The notes below the pieces were generated by a model. The model saw only the letters and a program-made list of their open reading frames with translations, was not told where the DNA came from and did not search any database. From a bacterium (GTDB lineage: Bacteria; Hinthialibacterota; Hinthialibacteria; Hinthialibacterales; Hinthialibacteraceae), in NCBI GenBank assembly GCA_963663405.2, contig CAXXSM010000022.1, positions 1 to 64,000 on the forward strand: DNA of 64,000 nt, in the 5' to 3' direction. The translations under genes were made by a program, and so were the position numbers. Positions 31,232 through 40,263 of the stretch are shown in pieces (the stretch's first letter is position 1; each line of letters opens with the position of its first letter).

Positions 31232-33262
31232 ATGAAACACTTAATCTCATTACTGACCGCGTTCATTCTTTCTCTCACATTCACTGAATTTCCTTTATGC
31301 GCGTTGGGGGATGGGGGGCGTTTGACGTTCTCGGAATCCATCTCCTCTTCCACGCAGATTGTTCTGCCGCTCCGAAGATCACGTCTCTATAGTTCCAAAC
31401 AAGCCGCGTTTCAGTTGGATGGAGATGTACCCGTCCCTGGATATTACATCACAAAAGACGATGACGCGCTGATCCAGATGTTCGTCTCTAAGGAAAATCC
31501 CAACCGATTGTTCAGCGATTTAAACCGCGACGCTCAATGTCAATCCAATGAATTATTCACACCGGTGGAATCAGTTCCCCCCTATAATACATATGACAGT
31601 TACCTTTTCGATTCCGCCCGGACGCTCATTCAAGCAGGGGATTGTATAGTGACAATCCAAATTCGAGCGGTAGTAATCAACTACAGCGATTTTGTTACAC
31701 TCTATATCGACCGTATTTACAGCCATTATAAAGGTTCCCTGCAGATTGATGGGAAAGACTATCCCGCTGTACTCGCATTCCAATCTCCTTCTCCCACTGA
31801 CAAAAAGAACAATGAAATCATCATCCTGGATACAAATGGAGACGGTATCTACGATCGTAATGTAGACCAGTGGTTCTCAAGCCAGGGATTCGCTTATATT
31901 GACAGCGCGCCGTGGAGTGTGAAAACCCTCTTTACCCAGGGCGAAGCGCAAGTCACTCTCGAACCATATACCGGGCCTGTTGGAACAGTGAAAATCGAGG
32001 GAGAAGGTGTCCAACGATTTACACTCTCCCGGCGCAAGGAAGTGGATTCCGAAATTCCACAACATAGTATTGGATTAAAGGGTGAGCCTGGGTTGAGTTA
32101 TATGCTCCCCGCTGGGATATATGATGTTCGCGAAGCGTGGTTGCAATCGATAAATCAACCCGGCGATATCGTTTTCAAACTGCACGATGAATATAACAAT
32201 TATGGATTGGATGAATACTCCAGCGGTTTTAAAGCGCAATATTTTAAAAGCGTTGATCCAGGAGAAACCACCGTATTCCACCTCGGCGGGCCTTTGAAGG
32301 AAACGATTGAAGCCAACGCCCCTCCTCTTTCAATGGAGGTGAATGTCGAATATAGATATTTTGAAAATAAAGATGGCTTGATTTTCGACATCCTAAAAAT
32401 CAATGATCCAGCGGCGGAATATCCCTATTCAAATCCCCCATTTTTCATTGCCGATCAAAATAAACGGATAATCGCTTCCAATCAATTTCATGCGTGGATT
32501 GGTGGAACCGCTGAGGGAGGCATCCATTACGGCGCCGTCCGGATGCCGTTTTTCGCTTATGGAACGTATACCGCGACTGTCGCGTCAGACTACGATATTG
32601 TCCAAACCGAACCGGTTTCTTTTACCTTCTATCCCCTAGGCGCGCTCTCATGGAGTATCATTACACTGTTTTGTGGAGGAGCGATCGTGTTTTCCCGCAT
32701 GAGCGCGGATCGTGTGACAAGATCGAGAGCCTGGGTGTTTGTTCCTGGATTGATCGGATTGATCACGTTTCTGTTTGTGGACCGGTTCTGGATGCCTGCG
32801 GCGATATTTTTAGAGGTTGTGACAATGACGTTCCTTGTATGGGGATGGAGTGGAATCCGGTCTATCGGAAAGTTTTCGTTCATAGCTCTACTCGTCAGTG
32901 TTTTGATTCTCGGCTTGAATTATACATGGGCGGGGATGATCGACGAATCAAATCTATTACACGCGATTCTCTACCTGTTGGGATTGGTCATTCCTCTCAT
33001 CGCCATCCGCATTTCGGTTCAAAAACGGATATCTACCGGTCGATTGATCGCCGGCGTCTTGATTGGGATCACAATTCCCCTTCTTGGCATAATCGCCCAG
33101 CCGGAGAGGCAATGGGCGCCGTGGTGGTTTCTCGCGTATTCACTTGGTTTCTTCTCTCTCTGCGCCATGCCTTTCGCCATTCTCCTACGTTGGAATCTCT
33201 GGGCGGGAAGAAACTCCGGACTTGTCACGGCGCCGTTTCATCACGATGAATCATTAGGTTAA
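31232..33262 (+). CDS. Membrane protein whose extracytoplasmic domain resembles the UGA-containing family but lacks Sec; C-terminal multi-TM region
   Basis: Colinear motif similarity with the 44423-49347 proteins (see findings); signal peptide; about 7 C-terminal hydrophobic helices. Confidence 0.65.
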   Translation: MKHLISLLTAFILSLTFTEFPLCALGDGGRLTFSESISSSTQIVLPLRRSRLYSSKQAAFQLDGDVPVPGYYITKDDDALIQMFVSKENPNRLFSDLNRDAQCQSNELFTPVESVPPYNTYDSYLFDSARTLIQAGDCIVTIQIRAVVINYSDFVTLYIDRIYSHYKGSLQIDGKDYPAVLAFQSPSPTDKKNNEIIILDTNGDGIYDRNVDQWFSSQGFAYIDSAPWSVKTLFTQGEAQVTLEPYTGPVGTVKIEGEGVQRFTLSRRKEVDSEIPQHSIGLKGEPGLSYMLPAGIYDVREAWLQSINQPGDIVFKLHDEYNNYGLDEYSSGFKAQYFKSVDPGETTVFHLGGPLKETIEANAPPLSMEVNVEYRYFENKDGLIFDILKINDPAAEYPYSNPPFFIADQNKRIIASNQFHAWIGGTAEGGIHYGAVRMPFFAYGTYTATVASDYDIVQTEPVSFTFYPLGALSWSIITLFCGGAIVFSRMSADRVTRSRAWVFVPGLIGLITFLFVDRFWMPAAIFLEVVTMTFLVWGWSGIRSIGKFSFIALLVSVLILGLNYTWAGMIDESNLLHAILYLLGLVIPLIAIRISVQKRISTGRLIAGVLIGITIPLLGIIAQPERQWAPWWFLAYSLGFFSLCAMPFAILLRWNLWAGRNSGLVTAPFHHDESLG

Positions 33263-33378
33263 TGTAAACGAACCACCCCGCTCAACCGTTGATTTTAAAA
33301 AGAGGATCAACGAAACTGAACGAGAAAAGGTGGGGCGTTCGGCGCCGCAAACAACAAATTAATCACATCAATAAAACA

Positions 33379-34749
33379 ATGAATAAATCACCTGATCCAC
33401 GAAGTCTGCTGCCTTCCGTCGATCGTGTCTTGAACAGCATGAGCGCGGCGCCGGATATGGAGCGTTTTTCCCATCAGCAAAAAGTTGACGCCACTCGGTT
33501 GGTTTTAAACCAGATGAGGGTGGATTGGAGCGGCGAGACAGGTCCATCCAGCGAAGAAATCGCTCAGAAAGCCGCGTCTCTCTTAAAAGCGCGGGACCGG
33601 TCCGGTATCCGGCGCGTCGTGAACGGCGCCGGAATCATTTTGCATACAGGCCTGGGCCGGGCCGTCGTTCCCCGCGAGGCGATGGACGCGATCGCGGAAC
33701 TGGATGGATACTGCAGCCTGCAGATCAATTTAGAAGATGGTTCACGCGGCCGGCGCGACGCTGTGATTGAGGAAATCTTACAAACGATAACAGGAGCTGA
33801 AGCGGCCACGGTGGTGAATAACAACGCGGCGGCGACGCTGCTTGTATTGGCGGCGTTATGCCAGGGGAAAGAACTGATCGTCTCGCGCGGGCAATTGATT
33901 GAGATCGGCGGCTCATTCCGCCTGCCTGATGTGATCGCGCAAAGCGGGACGGTGATGGTGGAGGTGGGAACGACCAATAAAACCCATCTGCGGGATTACG
34001 CCAACGCGATCACGGAAGAAACGCGCGTCCTGCTGCGCGTCAATCCGAGCAATTACCGCATCATCGGTTTCAGCCAATCCATCTCAACCGCTGAGCTGGT
34101 GACGTTGAAAGAAGGGCGGGATCTGATTGTCGTAGACGATCTTGGCTGTGGCGCGCTGGTTGATCTAAGCCTGTATGGACTGCCGAAAGAACCTACCGTG
34201 CAGGATAGTATCGCGGCGGGCGCGGACGTGGCGCTGTTCAGTGGGGATAAACTGATTAGCGGACCACAATCCGGGATTATTGTGGGTAAGAAAGAATACA
34301 TCGCCAAAATTCGGAAACATCCCTTAGCGAGGGCGATGCGGGTGGGTAAATTCACCATCGCGGCGCTGGAAGCGACTTTGAAATTGTTCCTCAATCCCGA
34401 TACATTGGTGGAAAACCATCCCACTTTACGCATGATCTCCATGAAACTTCCCACCTTGCGTCAGAAAGCGCAGTTTCTCGCGCAACGGCTTTCTTCCATT
34501 ATTCCATGCCAGGTCATCGAGGAACAAAGCGCCTGCGGGGGCGGCTCGCTGCCGGACTGCCCGCTCGATACCGCGGTTGTATCCATGCGTCATGAACGGC
34601 TGAATGCGGCTGAATTCGCGCAGCGCCTGCGCATGGGAGAGCCATCCATCATCACCCGCGTTCAGAATGAGGCTGTTCTGATTGATGTACGGACATTGCA
34701 GGATGGCGACGAAGAGCGAATTGAAGCCGCGATCAAAAAACTCAAATGA
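33379..34749 (+). CDS. selA: L-seryl-tRNA(Sec) selenium transferase
   Basis: LPSVD, VVNGAGIILHTGLGRA, VNNNAAA, SRGQLIEIGGSFRLPD, EVGTTNKTH, FSGDKL (PLP Lys). Confidence 0.97.
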   Translation: MNKSPDPRSLLPSVDRVLNSMSAAPDMERFSHQQKVDATRLVLNQMRVDWSGETGPSSEEIAQKAASLLKARDRSGIRRVVNGAGIILHTGLGRAVVPREAMDAIAELDGYCSLQINLEDGSRGRRDAVIEEILQTITGAEAATVVNNNAAATLLVLAALCQGKELIVSRGQLIEIGGSFRLPDVIAQSGTVMVEVGTTNKTHLRDYANAITEETRVLLRVNPSNYRIIGFSQSISTAELVTLKEGRDLIVVDDLGCGALVDLSLYGLPKEPTVQDSIAAGADVALFSGDKLISGPQSGIIVGKKEYIAKIRKHPLARAMRVGKFTIAALEATLKLFLNPDTLVENHPTLRMISMKLPTLRQKAQFLAQRLSSIIPCQVIEEQSACGGGSLPDCPLDTAVVSMRHERLNAAEFAQRLRMGEPSIITRVQNEAVLIDVRTLQDGDEERIEAAIKKLK

Positions 34750-34782
34750 AGCATTATTTTTTTTAAAGGGAAAGGGAGCGAA

Positions 34783-35994
34783 ATGAATTCAGATTGCTCT
34801 GGAAATCCACCTCAACCACAACCATCCGAATGCTGTCAAACGAAGTCCACCTGCGCGCAAAGCCCGATAGCGCGTTTTGAAAACATGATCCCCAACGCGC
34901 TGGCGTTCGCGCAGGACGCCAAAGCCAAGGGGCAGAAAATCGCGGGGATCTTCTGTGAATATGCGCCGCGTGAATTGTTCTTCGCCGCCGGGATGGTTCC
35001 TATTTGCATGTGCGGAGGACAACAATCCACCATTCCCGAAGCGGAGACGGAACTTCCCAGCAATCTCTGTCCAGTGATTAAATCCAGCTATGGCCACCAT
35101 CTCAAAAAATCCAATCCTTTCTTGGAAATGTCCGATCTCATCGTCGCGGAAACGACATGCGACGGGAAGAAGAAAATGTATGAGTTGATGAGCCACGGCC
35201 GCAACATCCACGTCATGGAATTACCCCAAAAACCAGATGAACAAACCGCCTTCAATCATTGGCTCAACGAACTCCATCTTTTGAAAGAGAAGATCGAAGA
35301 AGTAACAGGAAAGACAATCGATCGGGAAGCGTTATTAAGCGCGATTGAGAGAATGAATGAAGAACGCGATCTGCGGCGGGAAATCGCCTATCTAGCCTCT
35401 GAGAATCCACCCTTGGTCACTGGCAAAGAAGCGCTGCTCGCGAAAAGCAGCGTCTCGCTGATCCCCTGTGACATAGCGGGATACAAGAAAATTCTCGAAT
35501 GGGCGAAAAACCGGCCCAGCCCCTACAATGGACAGCTCCGGATTTTAATGACAGGCGTTCCCCATCCGCACGGAGCCGAGAAAGTGATGGAGATCGTGGA
35601 GGAGTGTGGCGGCGCGATCGTCGCGCAGGAAAACTGCACAGGACTCAAACCGATCATGGACAACGTAGTTACCGACAGCGATCTAATGGAAAATCTCGCC
35701 CGGAAGTATTTTGATCTGCCCTGCTCCTGTATGACCCCCAATCAAGGACGAACCGATTTGCTCAACCGGCTTATAAATGATTTTAAACCGGATGGTATGA
35801 TCGATCTTGTTTGGCAGGCCTGTCATACCTACAACATCGAAGCGGAATTGATCCGCCGGGAAGCGCGGACACGCTGGAATCTTCCCTATCTGAAATTAGA
35901 AACCGATTATTCCCCCTCCGACCGGGCGCAGTTAACAGTGCGTGTGGAGGCGTTTTTGGAATTATGCCGGTCGAATGGATCGAAGAAATCTTGA
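34783..35994 (+). CDS. 2-hydroxyacyl-CoA dehydratase family / double-cubane cluster (DCCP-like) protein
   Basis: GIFCEY.P.E, CMCGG, NLCPVIKSSY, ETTCDGKKKMYE, ENCTG, CSCMTPN, QACHTYNIE, ETDYS. Confidence 0.85.
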   Translation: MNSDCSGNPPQPQPSECCQTKSTCAQSPIARFENMIPNALAFAQDAKAKGQKIAGIFCEYAPRELFFAAGMVPICMCGGQQSTIPEAETELPSNLCPVIKSSYGHHLKKSNPFLEMSDLIVAETTCDGKKKMYELMSHGRNIHVMELPQKPDEQTAFNHWLNELHLLKEKIEEVTGKTIDREALLSAIERMNEERDLRREIAYLASENPPLVTGKEALLAKSSVSLIPCDIAGYKKILEWAKNRPSPYNGQLRILMTGVPHPHGAEKVMEIVEECGGAIVAQENCTGLKPIMDNVVTDSDLMENLARKYFDLPCSCMTPNQGRTDLLNRLINDFKPDGMIDLVWQACHTYNIEAELIRREARTRWNLPYLKLETDYSPSDRAQLTVRVEAFLELCRSNGSKKS

Positions 35995-36188
35995 GCTAAG
36001 TTCATCGTTTGATTTGACAGTTTTGTGGATTTACGCCAGGGCAGAAAAAAGCCTTGCCCTGGGCGCCCGCGCCCATGGAAAAGGGAATGCTGGATATGGC
36101 GTAATTCGGAATAATACCAAAATGAACTAATACCTTGTTCTTGGCGCTCGTTTAGAACGAATGAGCAAAAGAGAGTTGGAGAGAATAT

Positions 36189-37841
36189 ATGCGGTTTCCT
36201 GAAAAACGTAAAACCATTATGGCGCGATCGATCGCGTTGGGGCATTGCGTCTGCAATCCGAAATTGAAATGCCCCTGCCCATCACTGATTAATGAAAACT
36301 TATGTCCCTGCGCGGGGGAACGGCGCGATCCCCCGAAAGGCCCGGTCCGTCTGACCGAATATGTGCGCAAGGTTGGCTGCGCGTCGAAAATCAATCACCG
36401 CGATCTGCATACCGTCTTGGCGCAGCTGCCCACATTTGACGATCCCCATGTAATCTTAGGTGTAGCGGCGGGCGATGACGCCGGTGTCTACGACATTGGC
36501 GGCGATTACAACATCGTTCAGACGGTTGACGTTTTCTCGCCGGTGATTGATGACGCGTATACGTTTGGGCAGATCTGCGCCGCCAATTCTGTCAGTGATA
36601 TTTACGCGATGGGAGGGCGGCCGGTCTGCGCGCTATCGATCATCGGCTTTCCCATTGAGGATCTGCCCCATGAGGTGATGGCCGAAATCCTGCGCGGCGG
36701 GATTGAGACGCTGCGGGAAGCGAATGTCAGCGTGATCGGCGGACACAGTATCAACGATGAAGAAATCAAAGGCGGCTTCGCAGTAACAGGATTGATCAAC
36801 GGCGGCGGAAGCGTAACGGTCAGCGGCGCGCGTCCAGGCGACCGGCTCGTTCTCACCAAACCTATTGGCACAGGCGTCATCGCTTTTGCCAACCAGATCG
36901 CCCGCGCGTCAGAAGACGCCCTTAAATTGATCGGTCAAATCATGGCCGGACTCAACAAAGACGCGGCGGAACTCATGATCGCGCATGGCGCGCATGCCTG
37001 CACCGACGTGACAGGCTTCAGCCTGTTAGGTCATCTTACCGAAATGACACGCCACAGCGGCGTGAGCGCCCGAATCGACACCGCCACCATACCATTCCTC
37101 GCCGAAGCGATCGGGGGCGCCCGGCAGGGAATCATTCCCGGCGCGATCGAACGCAACAAAGAAGCGTTCTCACAAGGCATTTCCACCGATGGCGAAGAGG
37201 ATGCGCTGCTCAATCTACTCTATGACGCTCAAACCTCCGGCGGTCTTTTAATCGCTTTGCCAGAAGAGGGAGTGGGGCCTTTTATCAAAGCGATGCGGTC
37301 ACGCGGTCATGAAGCGGTTTCGGAAATCGGAACCATCGTGGAACCAGAAGAATCACTCATTCATGTCACCCTTAACGAATCCACAAATCTCGTGGGTGTC
37401 TATCAAGAGATCCCCCCGAAAGAAAAACCGGAACCCATTCAACCCAGCGCCGAACCACTCGCCTGTTGTGAGAATCCTCCCAGCGCGGAGGTTAAAAAAT
37501 CCGTTACAGATAGCGCCTCAAAACCGTCCCTATCTATGGCGCTTGGATCTCCCTCCGCGGAGCAAACGGCATCCAGCGAAGCGTTTAAACAATTCATGAA
37601 AAGCGTCAATACGCCAGGGAGCCTCGATGCGCGGATGAAGCGGTTGTTGAACGTCGCCTTAGCCACAGCGCAGCGGTGCGAACAATGCCTGCAGATCCAT
37701 ATCGAACACGCGTTGTCTGAAGGGATCTCCCGCGGCGAGATCGATGAAGCCGCCTGGCTGGGTATTTCATTCGCTGGCGCCCCGGCGAAATTGTTCTACG
37801 AAGAAACATGGCGGGAATTGGATAGGAAAGATAAGTCATAA
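36189..37841 (+). CDS. selD: Selenophosphate synthetase (Cys-type) with N-terminal Cys-rich module and C-terminal AhpD/CMD-like domain
   Basis: LTEYVRKVGCASKI, DDAGVY, QTVDVFSPVIDD, AANSVSDIYAMGG, GGHSI, LTKPIGTG, TDVTGFSLLGHL, DAQTSGGLL. Confidence 0.95.
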   Translation: MRFPEKRKTIMARSIALGHCVCNPKLKCPCPSLINENLCPCAGERRDPPKGPVRLTEYVRKVGCASKINHRDLHTVLAQLPTFDDPHVILGVAAGDDAGVYDIGGDYNIVQTVDVFSPVIDDAYTFGQICAANSVSDIYAMGGRPVCALSIIGFPIEDLPHEVMAEILRGGIETLREANVSVIGGHSINDEEIKGGFAVTGLINGGGSVTVSGARPGDRLVLTKPIGTGVIAFANQIARASEDALKLIGQIMAGLNKDAAELMIAHGAHACTDVTGFSLLGHLTEMTRHSGVSARIDTATIPFLAEAIGGARQGIIPGAIERNKEAFSQGISTDGEEDALLNLLYDAQTSGGLLIALPEEGVGPFIKAMRSRGHEAVSEIGTIVEPEESLIHVTLNESTNLVGVYQEIPPKEKPEPIQPSAEPLACCENPPSAEVKKSVTDSASKPSLSMALGSPSAEQTASSEAFKQFMKSVNTPGSLDARMKRLLNVALATAQRCEQCLQIHIEHALSEGISRGEIDEAAWLGISFAGAPAKLFYEETWRELDRKDKS

Positions 37842-37971
37842 CTTGAAACTCAATCGCTCGATCCGTCGTATTAGTAAGAGTAAGGGCGGGCAAATCGATT
37901 TGAATGCCCCATTCCTGTTTGGGAATGATAAAACCAAGTGGTTACTCTTAAATCGAAATGGAGGAAAGCGG

Positions 37972-39849
37972 ATGTACAATCGAGTGAGTGTCTTGTATGT
38001 AATTACAGTTATGAGTTTTTGTCTTGCGGGTGGAGCCGTTCTCTTGATGGCGGCTTCGGATGTAGAAACAGTAACGATAGGGGCAACGGTTCCAGACATT
38101 GAAGCGGATAGTATTGAAGGGCTTCCAGTCTCTTTCCGTCCGCCGGAGGGAAAGATTCTGCTCGTTCAGTTTATGGATTCAAGCGCAGATCAAGCCGATG
38201 AATCCATCCGGGATCTAATCATTCTCTATGGACGTTTCCGTGAGAGCGGTTTACATCTTTTAAATGTGTTTATGGATACTAACGAGGATCAAGTCATCCG
38301 TTTTTCAACACGGTGGCAGGTCCCCTGGGCGCAGGTGTTGGACGCGGATATGGAAGGCGAAAGAGCCTCTCAAGTTTTCGGCGTTAAAGAATTCCCCTGC
38401 AATTTCCTGCTCGATTCAGATGGCAAGATTCTCGCATTAAATCTCACTGGAGAGAACGCGCACAACTTAATCGCCGAACAGCTGAACGTCTCACTCGATT
38501 CCCTGCCAATGCCCGAAGCGCCCACACCGATCTCCGAAGGAGGATCGAGCAACCGGGATGCGATAATCGCTACGGCGTCCCGCGTTCCAACAATTAATCT
38601 GCTGGGCACGAAACAAGAACGCGAAGAAGTGGAAGCCTGTAAAGAATACCTTCGGAAAATCAGCCTCGCTCTCACGGCTTACAAGCAGGATCATGATGGG
38701 GAGCCGCCGAATTGGCTTCACGAACTGTTTCCCAAATACCTCCAAGATGAGAAAATTCTTATATGCCCTTGCCCTTTGGCTAGATCCGTCCAGACACAAT
38801 TAAAACTCGATCCAGAGATGAGATGCAGTCATTTATACGAATTTGCTCCATCGGAATTGACCGGGGGAGAGTATTCATCCTATAGGGAATGGAAAAAATC
38901 TCAACTTAACCAGTTTGGAGACAAAACGCCTATTGTGCGTTGTCTGTACCATTCGAGACCTTTGAGTTTATCGTATGGAGGCGAAATCTATTTCAGTTCG
39001 CAGGTTTGGGAAAATGATTTTCCGCAGGGCTGCAGCATCCATGATCCTGACGCGAAAACTCGAAAAGCAATGATGGACATCGCGCTCGCGCTGGATCGAT
39101 ACAAGAAAGAGAATAACACGATACCAGATGAACTTAGGGATCTTTATCCGAAATACATCCGAAACGAGACATTTTACCTCTGTCCCAGCACTGAACAGCC
39201 ATTTTCCTATCAGTTTTCGAAAAAATCCGGTTTGCGGGAATGGAAAACAGAACAGCTAAAGATCTACGGCGGTTATGTGCCCATCGTCCGGGCTCGGGGG
39301 GTTCTTAGAAACGGGAATGTCATCAATCTGGCGTACAATGGCGAGATCTACGAAAGCCCCAGTGTTTGGGAGACTCTCTTCATTCGTGACAGAGCCGCGA
39401 TACTGAAATCAACGGCCGCCGATCGAAAAGCCATTTCCGCACAATCCCCAGAAATAAGCAAGGCGGAAATAGATATGCGTTCGTTATCGGTCGCGCTCGA
39501 ATCCTTTTTTATTGATAACAATACCTACCCTCTTCCACTAGAAGGGCAGTCCATCGACAAAGTAGGGATTAAAACCAGTTCCAGAACGATTCGTCTGACT
39601 ACACCCGTCCGGTACATCACTAAAATACCCAAAGATCCGTTTTCGAAAGAATCCGGTTACTACCATTATCACAGTGATGGGAAAAATTTTTACATTCTGG
39701 CCTCTGACGGCCCCGATCAGAAGCCGGATTTCGATGTGAAACAATACGATCCGGGCAAAGGTTCGAAGAAAAATGATCTCAAAACCTTTACCTACGATCC
39801 CTCAAACGGATTAAACAGCCGAGGTGACCTTTTCAAAGTAGGACCTTAA
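37972..39849 (+). CDS. Membrane-anchored protein: CxxC-less redoxin-like domain, two pseudopilin-like repeats, GspG-C-like domain (paralog 1)
   Basis: GGAGG RBS; IGATVPDI…GKILLVQF…FP.NFLLDSDGKI; C..YLRKI..AL..Y..DH.G..P..L..L.PKYL; TTPVRYI..IPKDPF…ASDGPD…YDPSNG..S.GD. Confidence 0.65.
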   Translation: MYNRVSVLYVITVMSFCLAGGAVLLMAASDVETVTIGATVPDIEADSIEGLPVSFRPPEGKILLVQFMDSSADQADESIRDLIILYGRFRESGLHLLNVFMDTNEDQVIRFSTRWQVPWAQVLDADMEGERASQVFGVKEFPCNFLLDSDGKILALNLTGENAHNLIAEQLNVSLDSLPMPEAPTPISEGGSSNRDAIIATASRVPTINLLGTKQEREEVEACKEYLRKISLALTAYKQDHDGEPPNWLHELFPKYLQDEKILICPCPLARSVQTQLKLDPEMRCSHLYEFAPSELTGGEYSSYREWKKSQLNQFGDKTPIVRCLYHSRPLSLSYGGEIYFSSQVWENDFPQGCSIHDPDAKTRKAMMDIALALDRYKKENNTIPDELRDLYPKYIRNETFYLCPSTEQPFSYQFSKKSGLREWKTEQLKIYGGYVPIVRARGVLRNGNVINLAYNGEIYESPSVWETLFIRDRAAILKSTAADRKAISAQSPEISKAEIDMRSLSVALESFFIDNNTYPLPLEGQSIDKVGIKTSSRTIRLTTPVRYITKIPKDPFSKESGYYHYHSDGKNFYILASDGPDQKPDFDVKQYDPGKGSKKNDLKTFTYDPSNGLNSRGDLFKVGP

Positions 39850-40156
39850 AAATAATAATTGAAATAGATCAAAGCCTTTTCCTTAATAAATTGTATCAAA
39901 ATACGAACAACGATAGTAACATTCAGGTAAACAGATAGAGATCACTAAACAGCGTGATTGTTTTACTCGTTAATTAATAATGAATAAGCGCCTTTCTGTT
40001 CGCATCGAAACCGCCTTTCTCAGGCCGGTTCGATTTGGAATGGCGTCTCATGAAAGTTGAAAAAAAAACAATAAAATAAGGGGAATTATTTCAATTCTCT
40101 TTCGTATATTCTTGAGAGACATTGTCTTGATTCCCAAAAACGGCGAATTCACATCG

Positions 40157-40250
40157 AAACCATCATAATTGAGATTACAACTGCAGATGAAAATGAGTTG
40201 CGAGAGTAATCACGAACGAGAAAGTCTCGGAAACTCATTTAAATATAAAA
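40157..40250 (+). repeat. ~95-nt dispersed structured repeat, copy 1
   Basis: AAACCATCATAATTGAGAT…AAATGAGTT…AACTCATTT; copies at 54056 and 56307. Confidence 0.8.
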
Positions 40251-40263
40251 TGGAGAAAAATGG

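Noticed and set aside
34747-34785. selA ends in TGA in frame with the next gene, with no intervening stop (possible Sec read-through fusion)
   Set aside because: The 33-nt spacer is AT-rich, shows no SECIS-like hairpin and has its own GGGAG RBS; SelA is already full length; in-frame spacing arises by chance one time in three.
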